64,000 bases of DNA from Octopus sinensis (GCF_006345805.1 NC_043012.1:3348001-3412000), one strand, 5' to 3'; shown: positions 11,789 through 25,663, numbered from the stretch's first letter. Numbers and translations are program-made. Notes: generated by a model from the letters alone, not told the origin.

Positions 11789-12388
11789 TCATGGACCCTA
11801 AGTAGCGTATGTGTAAAATTTGAATGAAATCGGTTGAGTTTTAGCTTCGTTGTTATTTTATTACAGATGTGATGTAAGTGAATCCAAAGTTGCAGTCTGT
11901 AGCAATAGAACTTTTAATATGATGATAATAATAGTGTCAAATTTTGGCATAAGACCCGGAAATTTTTAGCAGGGAAAGTGGCGGGGAGTTGATTACATTG
12001 ACTCCCAATGCTCGGCTGGTACTTTATTTTATCAAACACGAAAGGATGAAAGTCAGCCATGGTGAGATTTGAATAGAAAAATGTAAAAACCCTGAAGAGA
12101 TGCGGCTAATGATTCTGCCAGCTCACTGCCTTTATAATAATAATAATATTAATAATCCTTTCGACTATAGGCACAAGGCCTGAAATTTGGGGGAGGGTAC
12201 TAGTTGATTACATCGACCCCAGCACTTGAGTGTTATTTATTTCATTGACCCTGAAAGGATGAAAGGCAAAGTCAACCTCAGGGGAATTTGAACTTAGTAT
12301 GCAGTGATAGATGAAATACTGCTAAGCATTTTGTCCAGTGTGCTAACAATTCTGCCAGCTCGCCACCTTCAATAATAATAATAATAAC

Positions 12389-12727
12389 AACAAGAGCACT
12401 CAGAGAGTGCAAGCCTCCACCAAGGCATTACCAAACTTCCTCTCAACGGTTAGCTAGAGTTGATTTTTTAAAATGTGAATATATGAAATAAACTTGACTA
12501 TTCTCAAGAACGAGAACACTAAAAATGAACCTGGCCGCTCTCAAAAATTAAGTTAAAAAACAGGAAAAATAATCCAGAATCCTTGTCTGGTACCAGATTG
12601 ATCCCAAAATCTAATCAGTTCGTGCCAGTCATGAGACCAAACATCCCTGAAAGTTTCATCCAAATTCATCCTGTGGTTCTTGAGATATTTCATCCACAGA
12701 CTGCCACTTTTACTAAGGTGGAGGTAA
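12389..12727 (+). mobile_element. Helentron-associated (HINE-like) non-autonomous element
   Basis: Subterminal inverted repeat CCTCCACC (12414-21)/GGTGGAGG (12717-24); internal AAAGTTTCATCCAAATTCATCC...GAGATAT motif typical of this class (recalled). Confidence 0.45.
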
Positions 12728-13029
12728 TAATGGTTTCAAATTTTGGCACAGGGCTAGCAATTTCAGATGAGTGGGTATGTCAGTTACATCACTCCCAGTG
12801 CTCAACTGGTTTTATTGACCCCCAAAAGGATTGAAGGCAAAGCTGAGCTTGGCAGCATTAGAACTCAGTATGTAAAGACCGAGAAAATGCTTAACACCAT
12901 TCTGTCCAGTATGCGAACAATTCTGCCAGCTTGCCACCTTAATAATAATCATCATCATCATCATCATCATCATCTTGGCAGGATTTGAACTCAAAATGTA
13001 AAGAGCTGGAACAAATACTGTAAGTTCCG

Positions 13030-13352
13030 TGTCGGTGGCACGTAAAAAGCACCACCTGAATCGTGGCCGAAGCCAGTGCCGCCTCGACTGGCTTCCGTGC
13101 AGGTGGCACGTAAAATGCACCAATCCGACCGTGGCCAATGCCAGCCTCGCCTGGCACCAGTGCAGGTGGCACGTAAAAAGCACCCACTACACTCACGGAG
13201 TGGTTGGCATTAGGAAGGGCATCCAGCTGTAGAAACATTGCCAGATAAGACCGGAGCCTGGTGCAGCCTTCTGGCTTCCCAGATCCCCGGTCGAACCGTC
13301 CAACCCATGCTAGCATGGAGAACGGACGTTAAACGATGATGATGATGATGAT
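13030..13352 (+). mobile_element. RTE LINE 3' UTR fragment with three ~60-bp subrepeats and (GAT)n tail
   Basis: Colinear with 56040-56268. Confidence 0.8.
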
Positions 13353-13608
13353 GTGTGTTAGTGTTTCCTTGTCTTGATATTTCGTGATAATTGTAAACAA
13401 GCATCCCCCTTATGCAAGTGGTGTCCTTTGTTTCCAATCTTCCATGGAAACGTGTCTGGCCTTAGGGATATATAACCTTACTTGGAAACAGGTGAGGGTT
13501 GGCAACAGGAAGGGCATCTGGTCATAGAAAGTCCACCCCAAAGGATCTGTCTGACACATGCAAGCATGGAAAAATGAATATTAAAGCAATGATGATGATG
13601 AGATTTTT

Positions 13609-13996
13609 TCTTTTACTTGTTTCAGCCATATGACTTCAGCCATGCTGGAGCACTGCCTTAAAGGGTTTTAGTCAAAGAAATCGACTCCCAGACTTATTCT
13701 TTGTAAGCCTTGTACTTATTCTATCAGTCTCTTTTGCTGAGCCACTAAGTTATGGGGAAGTAAATATACCAACATTGGTTATCAAGCTAGTTGCTGGACA
13801 AACAGACACACACACACACACACACATATATATACCACAGGCTTCTTTCATTTTCTGCTTACCAAATCCACTCACAAGGCTTTGGTTGGCCTGAGGCTAT
13901 AGTAGAAGACACTTGCCCAAGGTGCCTCGCAGTGGGATTGAACCCAGAACCATGTGGCTGGGAAGCAAGCTTCTTACCACACAGCCATGCTTGCCT
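13609..13996 (-). mobile_element. SINE family 2, full length
   Basis: Reverse complement colinear with 51805-52194. Confidence 0.8.
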
Positions 13997-14535
13997 ATAT
14001 TATTATTAATGATTTAAGTACAAGGCCAGGAGAGGGTTTGTTGGTTGCATTGACCCTAATACATGACTGCTACTTTATTTTTTCTGATCCTGAAAGGATG
14101 AATGGCTAAGTTGACCTCAGCAAGATTTGAACTCAGAACATGAAAAGCTGAAATAACTTATGGTATTTCGTACTATGTTTTGATGGGTTTTATCAATACA
14201 CTGCGGAGAGACAAGAAAACAGCAGGAGAAATACATTTAATGTTTTATTATAATTCTGTTTGTTTTGATGTCCTTGACATAGTTAAATTATCTTTTTGTT
14301 GAACATCTGTTTTACCTGTGTTTATTTAGGTCATTCAAAATGTCTCCTGATATTGATTATACTGAACTAAAATGTAAGGAAGGAAAGCTCTGTTTGTATG
14401 TATGATACACATTAAAGTACTGCTCACATATCCTGGACAGCGCTATGCTACACCATACAAACATCTGTGACTGTTTACATTTACATAAGATTCAATCATC
14501 AGCACATTACAGCCATTGATTCACAGATACATTGT

Positions 14536-14570
<35 letters not shown>

Positions 14571-14599
14571 GTTATATACTGCTACAACAGCTGTTATTA

Positions 14600-14900
14600 T
14601 TCTGGCTTTAGCCATATAGCTTCTCTGTCAAGGGCTCAACTGAGAGGAAGACACCTGTTTGTCATTATCTCATCATCTCAACCACGTGTCACCAAAGGCT
14701 CACTGACTCCTCCTTGCCTCCTCTATGCTACTACAACAGCCACTGCTCTTCTGGACTAGCTGGCTGCATACCCACATCCTCCGCCCAGGCTTACACAAAA
14801 CCTCGACTCTGTCTTTTCTTCTCCTCATTCCAACTATGTCTCTCCTAGGTCCTGTCCAAAACAATTAACCCGGTCATTCCTCCCACAAATCAGACAAATT
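14600..14900 (+). pseudogene. Decayed CR1/Jockey-group LINE ORF2 C-terminal remnant
   Basis: Fragments HQRL..SSL(C)LLY.YYNSHCSSGLAGCIP resemble the SLFYRYYxGxCSxEL motif at LINE ORF2 ends (recalled). Confidence 0.4.
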
Positions 14901-15267
14901 TTAATAATCCTTTTACTATTAGTGGGGAGTTTTGAAAAATATGGGTTAAGATTTAAATGGGGAATTAAATGCATAGGCAAATAAATATTGAAGTTCAAAG
15001 TTTCTTAAAATATATATTCTGTGTTCTGTTTAATTCTGTTAAATATTTGCCTGTATATTTTGTCTTAGTTTCTGAATTTAATTGTGTGCATTTGTTCTCA
15101 TCTCTGTGTATTTGTAGTTAGTTTATTTTTGGTGTGAACCTTCAGAAGGCATACTGCTACATTGATATAGGGATTGAAATTTTAAAGTTTTCAGTCTCTC
15201 GAGATATGTATCTTTTATGATGTGTACCACATATTTCTACTTTATTATATGCCCAGTTTATGGTACT

Positions 15268-15490
15268 CTATAGGTGGCGAGCTGGCAGAACCATTAGCAC
15301 ACCAGGCGAAATGCTTAGCAGTATTTTGTCTGTCTTTACATTCTGAGTTCAAATTCCGTCGAGGCCAACTTCGCCTTTCATCCTTTCGGGGTCAATAAAT
15401 TAAATACTAGTTGCAAACTGGGGTCAATCTAATCAACTTACCCCCCCCCCCTCATCAAAAATTTTAAGCTTTGTGCCTAAAGTAGAAAAG
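15268..15490 (+). mobile_element. tRNA-derived SINE, family 3 (GGCGAGCTGGCAGAA head), with 24-bp TSD
   Basis: ATTATATGCCCAGTTTA(T/C)GGTACT at 15244-67 and 15491-514. Related copies at 11945-12370, 12735-12945, 14020-14150, 24890-25215 (all -). Confidence 0.8.
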
Positions 15491-15558
15491 ATTATATGCC
15501 CAGTTTACGGTACTAATTTTGTTATTGTATGAGACAAAATTATGGATCCTGTATTATA

Positions 15559-15764
15559 CCATGTTTTCCAGCATACAATTCAATGTGGTATACAGTGTAA
15601 ACATGTACTGTAAACATTGAAACATCATCACTGTCTTATCAAGTCCTGCTGCATTTTACTCATAATTTTGTTCCTCCAAATTTATCTTGGTGTATAAGTC
15701 AACCCACCTTCATGGCTGTAAATTTTAGGTCTGAAAAATTCGACATGTATGCTGGAAAATATGT
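15559..15764. mobile_element. Degenerate Tc1/mariner(pogo)-type MITE
   Basis: ~18-bp TIRs CCATGTTTTCCAGCATAC / GTATGCTGGAAAATATGT; TA on the left flank only. Confidence 0.45.
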
Positions 15765-17193
15765 TTGGCAAATAAAAATTAGTTTCCGTCTTCATGGTAA
15801 GAAAATACAGAACTCCTATCTTGCTGTTTAGTCAGTGGTGTGTAGGCATTGCCTAACAAGACATCAACTTCACTGGTGTAGTCACATGGCTCAGATGCAG
15901 AAAAAAAAAAAGAAATCTTATTCTTAAAGTAGTCTTCTATGGCCAGTCTGAAGTGATATAAAGACTTTATGAAGCAAAATCAGAAGGTGTATCACATCAA
16001 ACAAAACTATGACCTCACAGATCCTGCAGCTGATCATGGTGGCTGGAAAATGCTCTGCTTTAAATATACTGAACTCTGAGCAGATTTGTATTGAAGTCCA
16101 TTATCATCATCATCATCATCATTATTTGATGTCCATTATCTGTGCTGGTATGAGTTGGACAGTTTGACTAGAGCTGGCAAGCTAGGGAGCTCCACCAGAC
16201 CCCAGTCTGATTTGGCATGGATGCCCTTTCTAACAACTGCCACTTTACAGTGTAAGATGGAGAAAAGATGCACAAAACAACCCTTAATCCATTACAATGC
16301 CTTATAACCTATATGTTTTTTGCTTTTTATGTTTTCTTGTCCATTCTGTTGCCTGTTTGTATTTGTACTCTATCTTCTACTATCTTGATAGTGACTATAT
16401 ATTTCTCTTTCATATATGTCGGTACATAACTTTGGTTGATATATAAAGTATCTGTATATTAAAATTCAGCAATATATTTAGAACTAAATTATAACACATC
16501 ACTGTTTTATCATTTTAATGCCCACTTTTCCATGATCGTATAGGTCAGATGGCATTCATTGAGGCAGATTTTCTACAGCCAGCTACCCTGCCTGTCATCA
16601 AACTTCACCTCTTTTCAATTGAAGCAATAGTCCTCAAAGCTGGACATGTTTTCACGGAAGCTTGACACTCATTTACAACTGTTGTGTGATGTCAAAACAA
16701 GGAGACACATGTGCACACACATTTATACTCATATATGCATATACATACATGTGTGTGTATATGTATGTGTGCATTTGCTTATTGGCAGTTTAATGTGGTC
16801 ATTAAATGAATGATGATAACGGTGTGAGTTGAAATACAGTTTTAGGTCTTTCGTCCTTTGATATAGATAAAATATGGTTATAATATGTATATGACTAAGG
16901 CCTGCTTTTGGTATCTGGTTATGAATGCATAATTGAACATTAATAACTATTCTCAGACTATCTGATTATGATTACAACTAAATTTCGTAAATGCTTTATA
17001 TTGTGTGCACCAGAATGATCAGATAAGTTGAAAGAATTGACCTTGGCACTTATTTTTGAAAGCATGGTACTTGTTCAAACAGCCTCTTTTGTTAACTTCA
17101 TAAGTGAAGTGGATGTAAACAAACCAGCTCTTGTTAAGTGGTGGTTGTGGAGGACAAACATGAACACAGACACACACACACACACATATATAT

Positions 17194-18035
17194 ATCATTG
17201 TCATCGTCATTTAACATCCATTTTCCATGCTGGCATGAGTTGGAAAGTTTGACTGAGGACTGGCAATCCAGGAGGCTGTACCAGGTTCCAATCTGATTTG
17301 GCAAAGTTTCTATAACTGGATGCCCTTTCTAATGCCAACCACTCCAAGAGTGTAGTGGGCGCTTTTTACGTGCCACCAGCATGGGGGTTAGTCAGGTGGC
17401 ACTGGCATTGGCCATGACTTAAAATTTCACTCAGTTCAACAGGTCTTCACAAGCACAGCATATTGCCCTACACTTAAAGGGTGTTTTTAAATGGGCCAGT
17501 TATACAACACTGGCACCGGCCACAACTATGGTCTCACTTGGCTTGCTGGGTCTTCTCAAGCACAGCATATCTCCAAAGGTCTCAGTCGCTTGTCATTGCC
17601 TCCATTCAAAAGTTGTACTTCACCACCTCATCCCATGTCTTCCTGGGTCTACCTCTTCTATAGGTTCCCTCCACTGTTAGAGTGTGACACTTCTTCACAT
17701 AACTGTCCTCATCCATATGCATCACATGACCATACCATCACAGTCGTCTCTCTTGCACACCACATCTGATGTCTCATATCTCCAACTTTTCTCTCAGGCG
17801 CTCACACTCTGTCATGTATGCACAGACATTACACATCCAGCAGAGCATACTAGCTTCATTTCTTTCAAGCCCATGCATGTCTTCAGCAGTCACAACCCAT
17901 GTTTCACTGCTGTGTAGCATGATTGTTTGCACACAAGCATCATGCAGTCTGTCTTTCACTCTGAATAAGAGGCCCTTTGTTACCAGCAGAGGTAGGAGCT
18001 CTCTGACCTTTGCTCAGGCTATTCTTATTCTAGCA
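17194..18035 (-). mobile_element. RTE LINE 3' fragment (ORF2 C-terminus + 3' UTR)
   Basis: ORF 17774-17959 (MLHSSETWVVTAEDMHGLERNEASML) homologous to 54752-55153; GAT-repeat tail near 17194. Confidence 0.8.
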
Positions 18036-18544
18036 TCCTCATTACTGACTTGGCCACAACTTATTTTATTCTCTCTCTCTTTATTTCCTCATGTTCCTTG
18101 TTGAAGTGTGTAGGCTCAAAACGTAAAGGACCTACTCACCTTTCCGAGCATCAGATTAATACACCTGCTTGTTGTTTATAAACCTATCTTCGTCTTTTGT
18201 TTATCTGTAAATTTCCACTATATATACATATATATATATATACACACACAAACACGTGTACACACACACACACACACACGACATGCTTGTGCATATAACT
18301 AGGTTATTGATTTTATTATATACACATATATCTGTGAAATTTCCCAGAAAACTATCAATTAATTTCTCTTTCAATGTTTGAGTCAATATTCAGTTTTGCT
18401 AAATCAACAAGTTTCGTTTGGGACATGATAGATGTTAAAAAGCTCTTGGTACATTTGGGCTTTCTTAAAGATCTTTCCACTGATGTATTGTAACCTGTGG
18501 CTCTTATTAGAATTTCTCTCAGACACTTCAGGTTCAGCTCTTCT

Positions 18545-19095
18545 CTTCATCATCATCATCATTTAGCATCCGCTTTCCATGCTAGCATGGGTTGGACGGT
18601 TCAAATGGGGTCCGGGAAGCCAGAAGGCTGCACCAGGCCCAGTCTGATCTGGCAGTGTATCTATGGCTGGATGCCCTTCCTAACGCCAACCACTCCGTGA
18701 GTGTAATGGGTGCTTTTTACATGCCACCGGCACAGGTGCCATATTTCTATGTTACATTACTACTGTTTTGCTTACTTTATCTTTTGTCAGAATGGTTAAT
18801 TTTGAATGTATCATCATCATCTTCATTTAGTGTCCGCTTTCCATGCTAGCATGGGTTGGATGGTTCAACTGGGGTCTGTGAAGCTGGAAGGCTTCGTCAG
18901 GCCCAGTCTGATCTGGCAGAGTTTCTACGGCTGGATGCCCTTCCTAATGCCAACCACTCCGTGAGTGTAGTGGGTGCTTTTTACGTGCCACCCGCACAGG
19001 TGCCAGATGGGGCTGGCAAAACGGCCACGGATGGATGGTGCTTTTTACGTGCCAGCAGCACGGGGGCCAGGCGAGGCTGGCAACGGCCACGAACT
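18545..19095 (-). mobile_element. Two consecutive RTE 3' UTR fragments (about 18545-18740 and 18812-19095)
   Basis: Each starts with a CAT-repeat and the TTTCCATGCTAGCATGGGTTGGA block. Confidence 0.75.
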
Positions 19096-19111
19096 GTGTA
19101 TGGGGGGGGGG

Positions 19112-19723
19112 GCAGCCATGCTACACAGTAGTGAGACATGGTCTGTGATGGTAGAAGACATGCGAAGGATCGAAAGAAGTTAATCTAGTATGCTCCACTG
19201 GATGTGCAGTGTGCATGTAAAACTGAGTGTAAACATCTTGAGAGAAAAATTGGCCATAAGAGGCATGGTGTGCAAGAGAGGCATCTGTGCTGGCATGGCC
19301 ATGTGATGCATATGGATGAGGACAGCTGCATAAAGAAGTGCTGATTTCTAACTGTGGAGGGAACCTGTGGAAGAGGTAGACCCAGAAAGACATGGGACGA
19401 AGTGGTGAAGCATGTGGGGTCTCGTGGAGACGATGACAAGTGTTTGTGACCTTTGGCAACTTGCTGTGTTTGAGAATACTCGCCAAGCCAAGCAAAATCA
19501 TAGTTGTGGCCGGTGTAGGTGACATGTAAAAGCACCCATGCTGGTGATATGTAGCAAGCACCCACTAAGCTCTCACAGTGGTTGTTGTTAGGAAGGGTAT
19601 TCGACCATAGAAACCAAGCAAAATTCTGACTGCAGCCTGGTGTGGCTCTCTGACTTACCAGTTCCAGTCAAGACATCTAACCCGTGTCAGAATGGAACGT
19701 GGACATTAAATGATGATGATGAT
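19112..19723 (+). mobile_element. RTE LINE 3' fragment
   Basis: AAMLHSSETWSVMVEDMRRIERS, GRGRPRKTWDEVVKH, then 3' UTR and GAT tail. Confidence 0.75.
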
Positions 19724-19955
19724 AGTGATATAAAGTATGTTTGAAGCTTTTACTTATAGTAAAGAGTTATTTGATTTCATATTCTTGCTAAGTTGATGTA
19801 GTTCACCACTTGGTAATAGAAAGTGGTGGGGTGGGGTTTGAACAAATTTTCCAAATTTAAAAAAGTATTATTTTGGATAAAAATTTAATACACATTTATA
19901 TGTCTGTATACAAACATTCACACACACACACTTTTATGTATATCCCTCTCATAAG

Positions 19956-19990
<35 letters not shown>

Positions 19991-21472
19991 AGGTCTGTGT
20001 GCATGCATGGACCCTAGAAAAGGCCCAACAGATCTGGAACTAATACAGCTCACTATTACTTTCTATCTAGAAATGGCTTATCAGAGCTGCCAACAAACCA
20101 CTCTGCACTAAAATGGAGCTATTGAACCACTTTGACTCAAGGACCTTGTCGAAGTACTTGAAGCAAGATATTTTGAGTTCAACGAACAATAGATTATGTT
20201 TATAGTGAACTTCAAACTTCAATGTCCATTTTTAGGATTGGTTTCATAACCAGACAATAGACACTGCATGTTATCACACACAACAGCTTACGGACTGCTT
20301 TGGTTTACAACAAAGACTGCAGAAAAAAATCTCCGTCTACTTCTGACACTAACAAACCTACATCACATTTAATCATATCCTAACATCTTAAAGAGGAAAA
20401 AATCTCATAGTTGTCCATGGTAGACTGTGTCTTGACAAAATTGACAAAAACACAAAAGAGAGAGAGGGTGAAGAGGGAACGACAGGATTGTCATAACTGG
20501 AATGCCTGTCTGCATATATCTGTTCAGTCAGAATGACTTGGGGTTCAACAACAAAATTCCTGCCTATTTTTTTTTTAATGTCTTTAATAGATGCCATTCT
20601 GTTGCAAGAATGTAAACCAGACCGTGTTTACCGGTTTATCATTAGGACATTGTCCTGTATATATTTAGATTGGGCTCTATACCAATATGGGATAGTTTGC
20701 TAAACACATCAACACTGCTCTTCCTTGCTTGACTAACTTTACCTAATCATATGTTTGACTTATGGAGACCACTTAACACTCCTGCTGACACTTTGGCCTT
20801 TCCTCAACATTTTTTAAAAATATGTTCAACATATAGCAAATATCAAAACAAGGATTATAATGAACATAAAATCAGTAAATAACAAAGAAACAAAATGACA
20901 AATGCTTCTTCTTCTTATCTGCTATTGTTCACCTGATGTTGTTATCTTCTGTACCTACCATTTAATTAGTTACAGTGTCAAATACTCAGTCTATCTATTT
21001 CTGTATCTCTATCTATCAGTTCATCCGTCCATCCATCCATGGCTGTTTCTTCATAGCAGTGTATGTTCCTCTTTCTTTAACTCTGTTTTCGCTTGTTTTG
21101 GCTGCCCCTCGGTCTTTGACTTTCCTTTCATTCTACCTCTATTTTTTTTTTTTTTTTGGTTTTAAATAACACACGTCTCTTTATATACATACATAAAAGC
21201 AGTGTTCCAGCATGGCCTTTTCCATTATGGCTTAATCAATCTAATGAACTAAACAGAACAGTAATTCTCTTCTTACGGTTTTGGGTTCAGTACCTCTGCA
21301 TGAGGGAAGTTTGGTAGATGGAAACTGTGAGGAAGCCCATCAGAGGAACTGTTTCTGATCTTGAATTCCTGTTAGTAGAGTACACTCTGTTACAAGCATT
21401 TGGCTCAGGTCTCTAGTCTAAGAACTCCCTGCCCTTCCTCATCTTCCTTATGGAAAAAATATATGACCATAG

Positions 21473-21504
<32 letters not shown>

Positions 21505-21655
21505 TCCTTGACAGTTTTACAGCTGTTGGTAGTTGTGGACCCTTATGCTGAAGGTTCATGAGTTTTCTTGAAAAAAATATAATAGTGGTTTCCCATTGCC
21601 TTGTTACTTTCCTGCTCTTCCAAGCTCACCCTTGAGGCACAAACACAATATATAT

Positions 21656-22036
21656 AGAAAAGTGGCTGTGTGATAAGAAGTTTGCTTCCCAACCACATGG
21701 TTCCAGGTTCAGTCCCACTACATGAAACTTTGGGAAAGTGTCTTCTGCTATAGCTTCAAGCCAACCAAAGCCTTGTGAGTGGATTTGGTAGATGGAAACT
21801 GAAAGAAGCCTGTCATATATGTATATATCTATGTGTGTGTGTTTGTACCCCACCACTGCTTGACAACTGGTGTTTGTGTGTTTGCATCCCTGTAACTTAG
21901 CAGTTCAGCAAAGAAGGGATGATAGAATGGATACTAGGCTTTAAAAGAAAGTCCTAGGGTCGATTTGTTCGACTAAAACCGTTCAAGGTGGTACCCCAGC
22001 ATGGTCTCAGTCAAATGACTGAAGCAAATAAAAGAA
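21656..22036 (+). mobile_element. SINE family 2, full length
   Basis: Colinear with other family 2 copies. Confidence 0.8.
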
Positions 22037-22380
22037 TACATATACAGCCCCATGGAAGGGTATTATGGGTAGAGTCCTCAGCACCTCCCCCATAGAGACC
22101 TATCAGAAGCAACAGTCATTACACTTTCCACCTGGATTGCAAAGTGTGACCAACTGAGACTAAGGATATTATCCAACCATAATCATTCTTGGTCTACCCC
22201 TGGGTCTCTTGCTGGTTGGCTCAGCTTGAAGAATCCATTTTGTTATTCTTTTATACATCATTCTAACTATTTGTTCATAATACCAGACCTGTGACTCCTT
22301 AGTGCAGAGAAGTAGTGGGTTGACCTGGAGAGACTCCCTAATACCCAAGCTATTCCAACCATGACCATCTCATCTGTTTT
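22030..22380 (-). pseudogene. Decayed RTE-type LINE C-terminus from a second family
   Basis: Minus strand RPRGRPR..WLDNILSLSWSHFAIQ...VASDRSLW, a typical RTE ORF2 end. Confidence 0.5.
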
Positions 22381-23036
22381 ATTCAAACGTAGTGTGTGTG
22401 GACTATGTTTTATAGTACATTCCTTGCTAGGATATGGATTGAAGGAAATAAAGTTTGGCTGGTTTTTTCAACGTGCTGTACAAGTGACTGGCAGAACTCT
22501 TGTTCATCATCATCATTTAACATCCGCCTTCCATGCTGGCATGGGTTGGACAGTTTTATAGGAGCTGGCCAAGCAGAAGACTGCACCAGACTTGTGTGTC
22601 TGTTCTGGCATAATTTTTATGGCTGGATCCTCTTCCTAACACCAGCCACTAACAGAATGGACTGAGTGCTTTTTTACATGACATGAACACAACCAAAGTC
22701 AGTTTTAGCAGGGTTTTTACAGCTGGATGCCCTTCCAAATGCCAACCATTTTACAGCGTGGACATCTTTACTTGTTAGTAACGAAAAAATTTTAATCTAT
22801 CTCTCTTACATATTACTCCAGTTGTCTGATTCTCTTTCATGTGTTCTTGCACTCACATTTGACTGAAATACATAAATGTATTCTATATTCTGTTCTAAAT
22901 TAGTTTTGACAAAAGAATAGTTTTATTTTTAAAAATAACCAATTTTTACCAACATTTAAAAAATTTCAGTCTACTTCCTTGAACCCACTTTAAAAGCTAT
23001 CTTTCATGTCACCATTTCTTTATCTTCTCACTTCAG

Positions 23037-23179
23037 AGTAAAAGACTTTGACATTATCGATGCCAAAATTGGTTCCAAATTAGAAATCTGCGGCTTTTTG
23101 GATATTGCCGATATAGCCAGTCCACCAATTCTTTCACGACATCTTGTCTTACCCTGCGTCAAAGACAAGCATAAAGAAG
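23037..23179 (+). CDS. INTS14: INTS14 internal coding exon B (143 nt; absent from ORF track)
   Basis: Pyrimidine tract + cttcAG at 23036, donor G|GTAAGT after 23179. Completes the split Lys codon of exon A. Reads VKDFDIIDAKIGSKLEICGFLDIADIASPPILSRHLVLPCVKDKHKE, matching the LEIVGFIDIADISSPPVLSRHLVLP block colinearly. Confidence 0.9.
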
Positions 23180-25663
23180 GTAAGTTGTAATTTGACAATG
23201 AAACGGTTCTGGGTTCAATCTTGCTGTGTTGAACCTTAGGCCTGTGAGCAAAATTCAGTTGTTGGAAACTTATGATGGTATCCTCTTGTAGTCCAAGAAA
23301 GACTGTTCTGCAATTTTCTGCTTAGCAATCTACACAAATTATTTGTTTATAATGATCAAATGTATAACACATACATTGGCTCACTTTCTCCATCAAATCA
23401 ACATTGCCTGAAGAGTTGCATTGCGTACCATTTGTCAGGTGTCGAAATAATTGCAGAGTAATGTGAGATGGTATAATGCACCACTCGGATCTGGAATTGA
23501 ATCCATATCTTGTGATCTTGAGTGCAACACTCTAACCACTCAGTTATGCCCCTTCATGGAAACTTGCCATGTGTGTGTGTGTGTTGTGATAGGAAGTAGG
23601 GACTGAAAAAATCCAGGCAAATACCTGTTAGCACTCCATACAAAAATCCTGGTTAACAGGATGTACAATGAAGATGGGAATCCTAAAGAGGGGGACAGTT
23701 AGCCTTAAGCTAGAGGATGAGAAATGAAAGTATGTGATAGGCTTCTTGTAGAAGATCTTCACATATAGTTGGGGAGGGAGAGAATGGTCAGTAGGGGCTG
23801 AGAAAAGATAGATAAGGAAGATGTGGTATCCAAGTGGCCCCCTCAAAGCATAAAATGAATAGAAGTGAGGTAGACTGGTGGGGAGTGCAAGATTGAATGG
23901 GAAGTAGATGAGGGGTTGGGGAAGCAGTCTGCAAATATAAAAATTGGGTAGGGTGATACCAATGAATCTGGAGTTGGGGAAGATAGAGGGATGCTGGGAA
24001 GAATGGAGGTGGGGTCAGTATATATATATATATATGTGTGTGTCTTTCATCTTTTACTTGTTTCAATCACTGGACTGTGCCCATATTAGGGACACTGTCT
24101 TGAAGGGTTTAGTTGAACAAATTGACCCCCAGGTCTTTTTTTTTATAGACCTTGTACTTATTCTATTAATCTCTTTTTGCCAACATCACTGATTGTCGAG
24201 CAATGGTTGGGAACAAACACAAAGACACACACAAATATTATATCATTATCATCATCATCGTTTAACGTCCATTTTCCATGCTGGCATGGGTTAGACGGTT
24301 TAACTTAGTTATCCGTCCAACCCGTGCTAGCGCAGAAAACGGACATTAAACGATGATGATCATCATCATCATCATTCAGCTAGTGTTAGGAACATAGATT
24401 GTGACTAAGGTTTGGTGGAAGATTTTAATTCAGAACTTATGAAAACAAGACATTTGTACTCAGAGCCAGAGCCGGTTTCAGCTGGGTTGATAACGAAAGG
24501 GTTAATGTGACGTCAACACAGTTGCTTTTTACTTGATGTTGACGTGGGGAAAAAGAAAAAAAACAGATCTAAATTAAGAATGACAATAACAACAATCTAC
24601 AACACATGCTTATAAAACACATGGTGCTTTCTTGGTATATCCATAACCTTTTGCAATCTTTATTTGAGTCAATAATAATGATAACAAATATCATTGTTGT
24701 CAATGCCATAATGACAATATCGGCAAAAATAAGGTTATCTTTGTTTTTGTCAACAATAATAACAATACTGTTGTTGTTGTTGTTAAATGGTGGTTGGTGT
24801 TAGAAATACCTTTGAAGTTGGTTATGAAAATGTTAGTAGTGGTGTTGGTGATATTAGTAGTAGTAATAGCAGTGATAATAATGGTTTTAAATTTTGGCCC
24901 AGGGCCAGCAATTTTAGGGGGAGGAGTAAGTCGACTTCATCGACCCCAGTGCACAATTGGTGCCTATTTTACTGACCCTCAAAAGGATGAAAGGCAAAAT
25001 TGACTTTGGTGGAATTTGAACTCAGAATGTAAAGATGGACAGAAGCTGCTAAGCATTTTGTCCAATGTGCTAACAGTTCTACCATCTCACCACAATATTT
25101 GATTCTGCCATAGGCACAATGCCTTGAATTTTGAGAGGAGGGTGTTAGTCAAGTATATCAACACCAGTACATGACTGGTATGTTATTTTATTGACTCACT
25201 GAAAGACGAAAGGCAAACCTAATTTCCATTGTCATCATCATCATCATCGTCATCATCATTACCATGGTTGTTGATGTGGTGGTGCGTCATTAGGCTGGAC
25301 GTGTCTAACAAGTGTTTAAACTGACATAGTATATTGGGTAGGTAGGTGGGTATTTATTTTTCTTTCTTCTTCCTACTTCCTTCTTTTCTTTCTTTTGTTT
25401 GTCTGATTGTCCATTTGTTGAATTATGTTTAATAAATGGGTTGACCAAACATTACACGTTCAAAGCAAAACAGTTATGTCATGTTCTTTCATTCATTTCT
25501 TCGGGTGAAATTTATTACTATACTCATTCTACATTATATCAGCATAGCTAGGTGGGACCCAAAAGAACTGGTATTGCCAGTTGGCATTATTAGGTTGTAG
25601 CCAGCTTAATGGGATAGCAGTCTTATTTGCATATTCAAAATGTTCCCCATAAATGAATTTAAA

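Noticed and set aside
20030-20620. Possible decayed Penelope RT (also 23640-23800 minus)
   Set aside because: Only short, frameshifted resemblances; too degenerate to support without a profile search.
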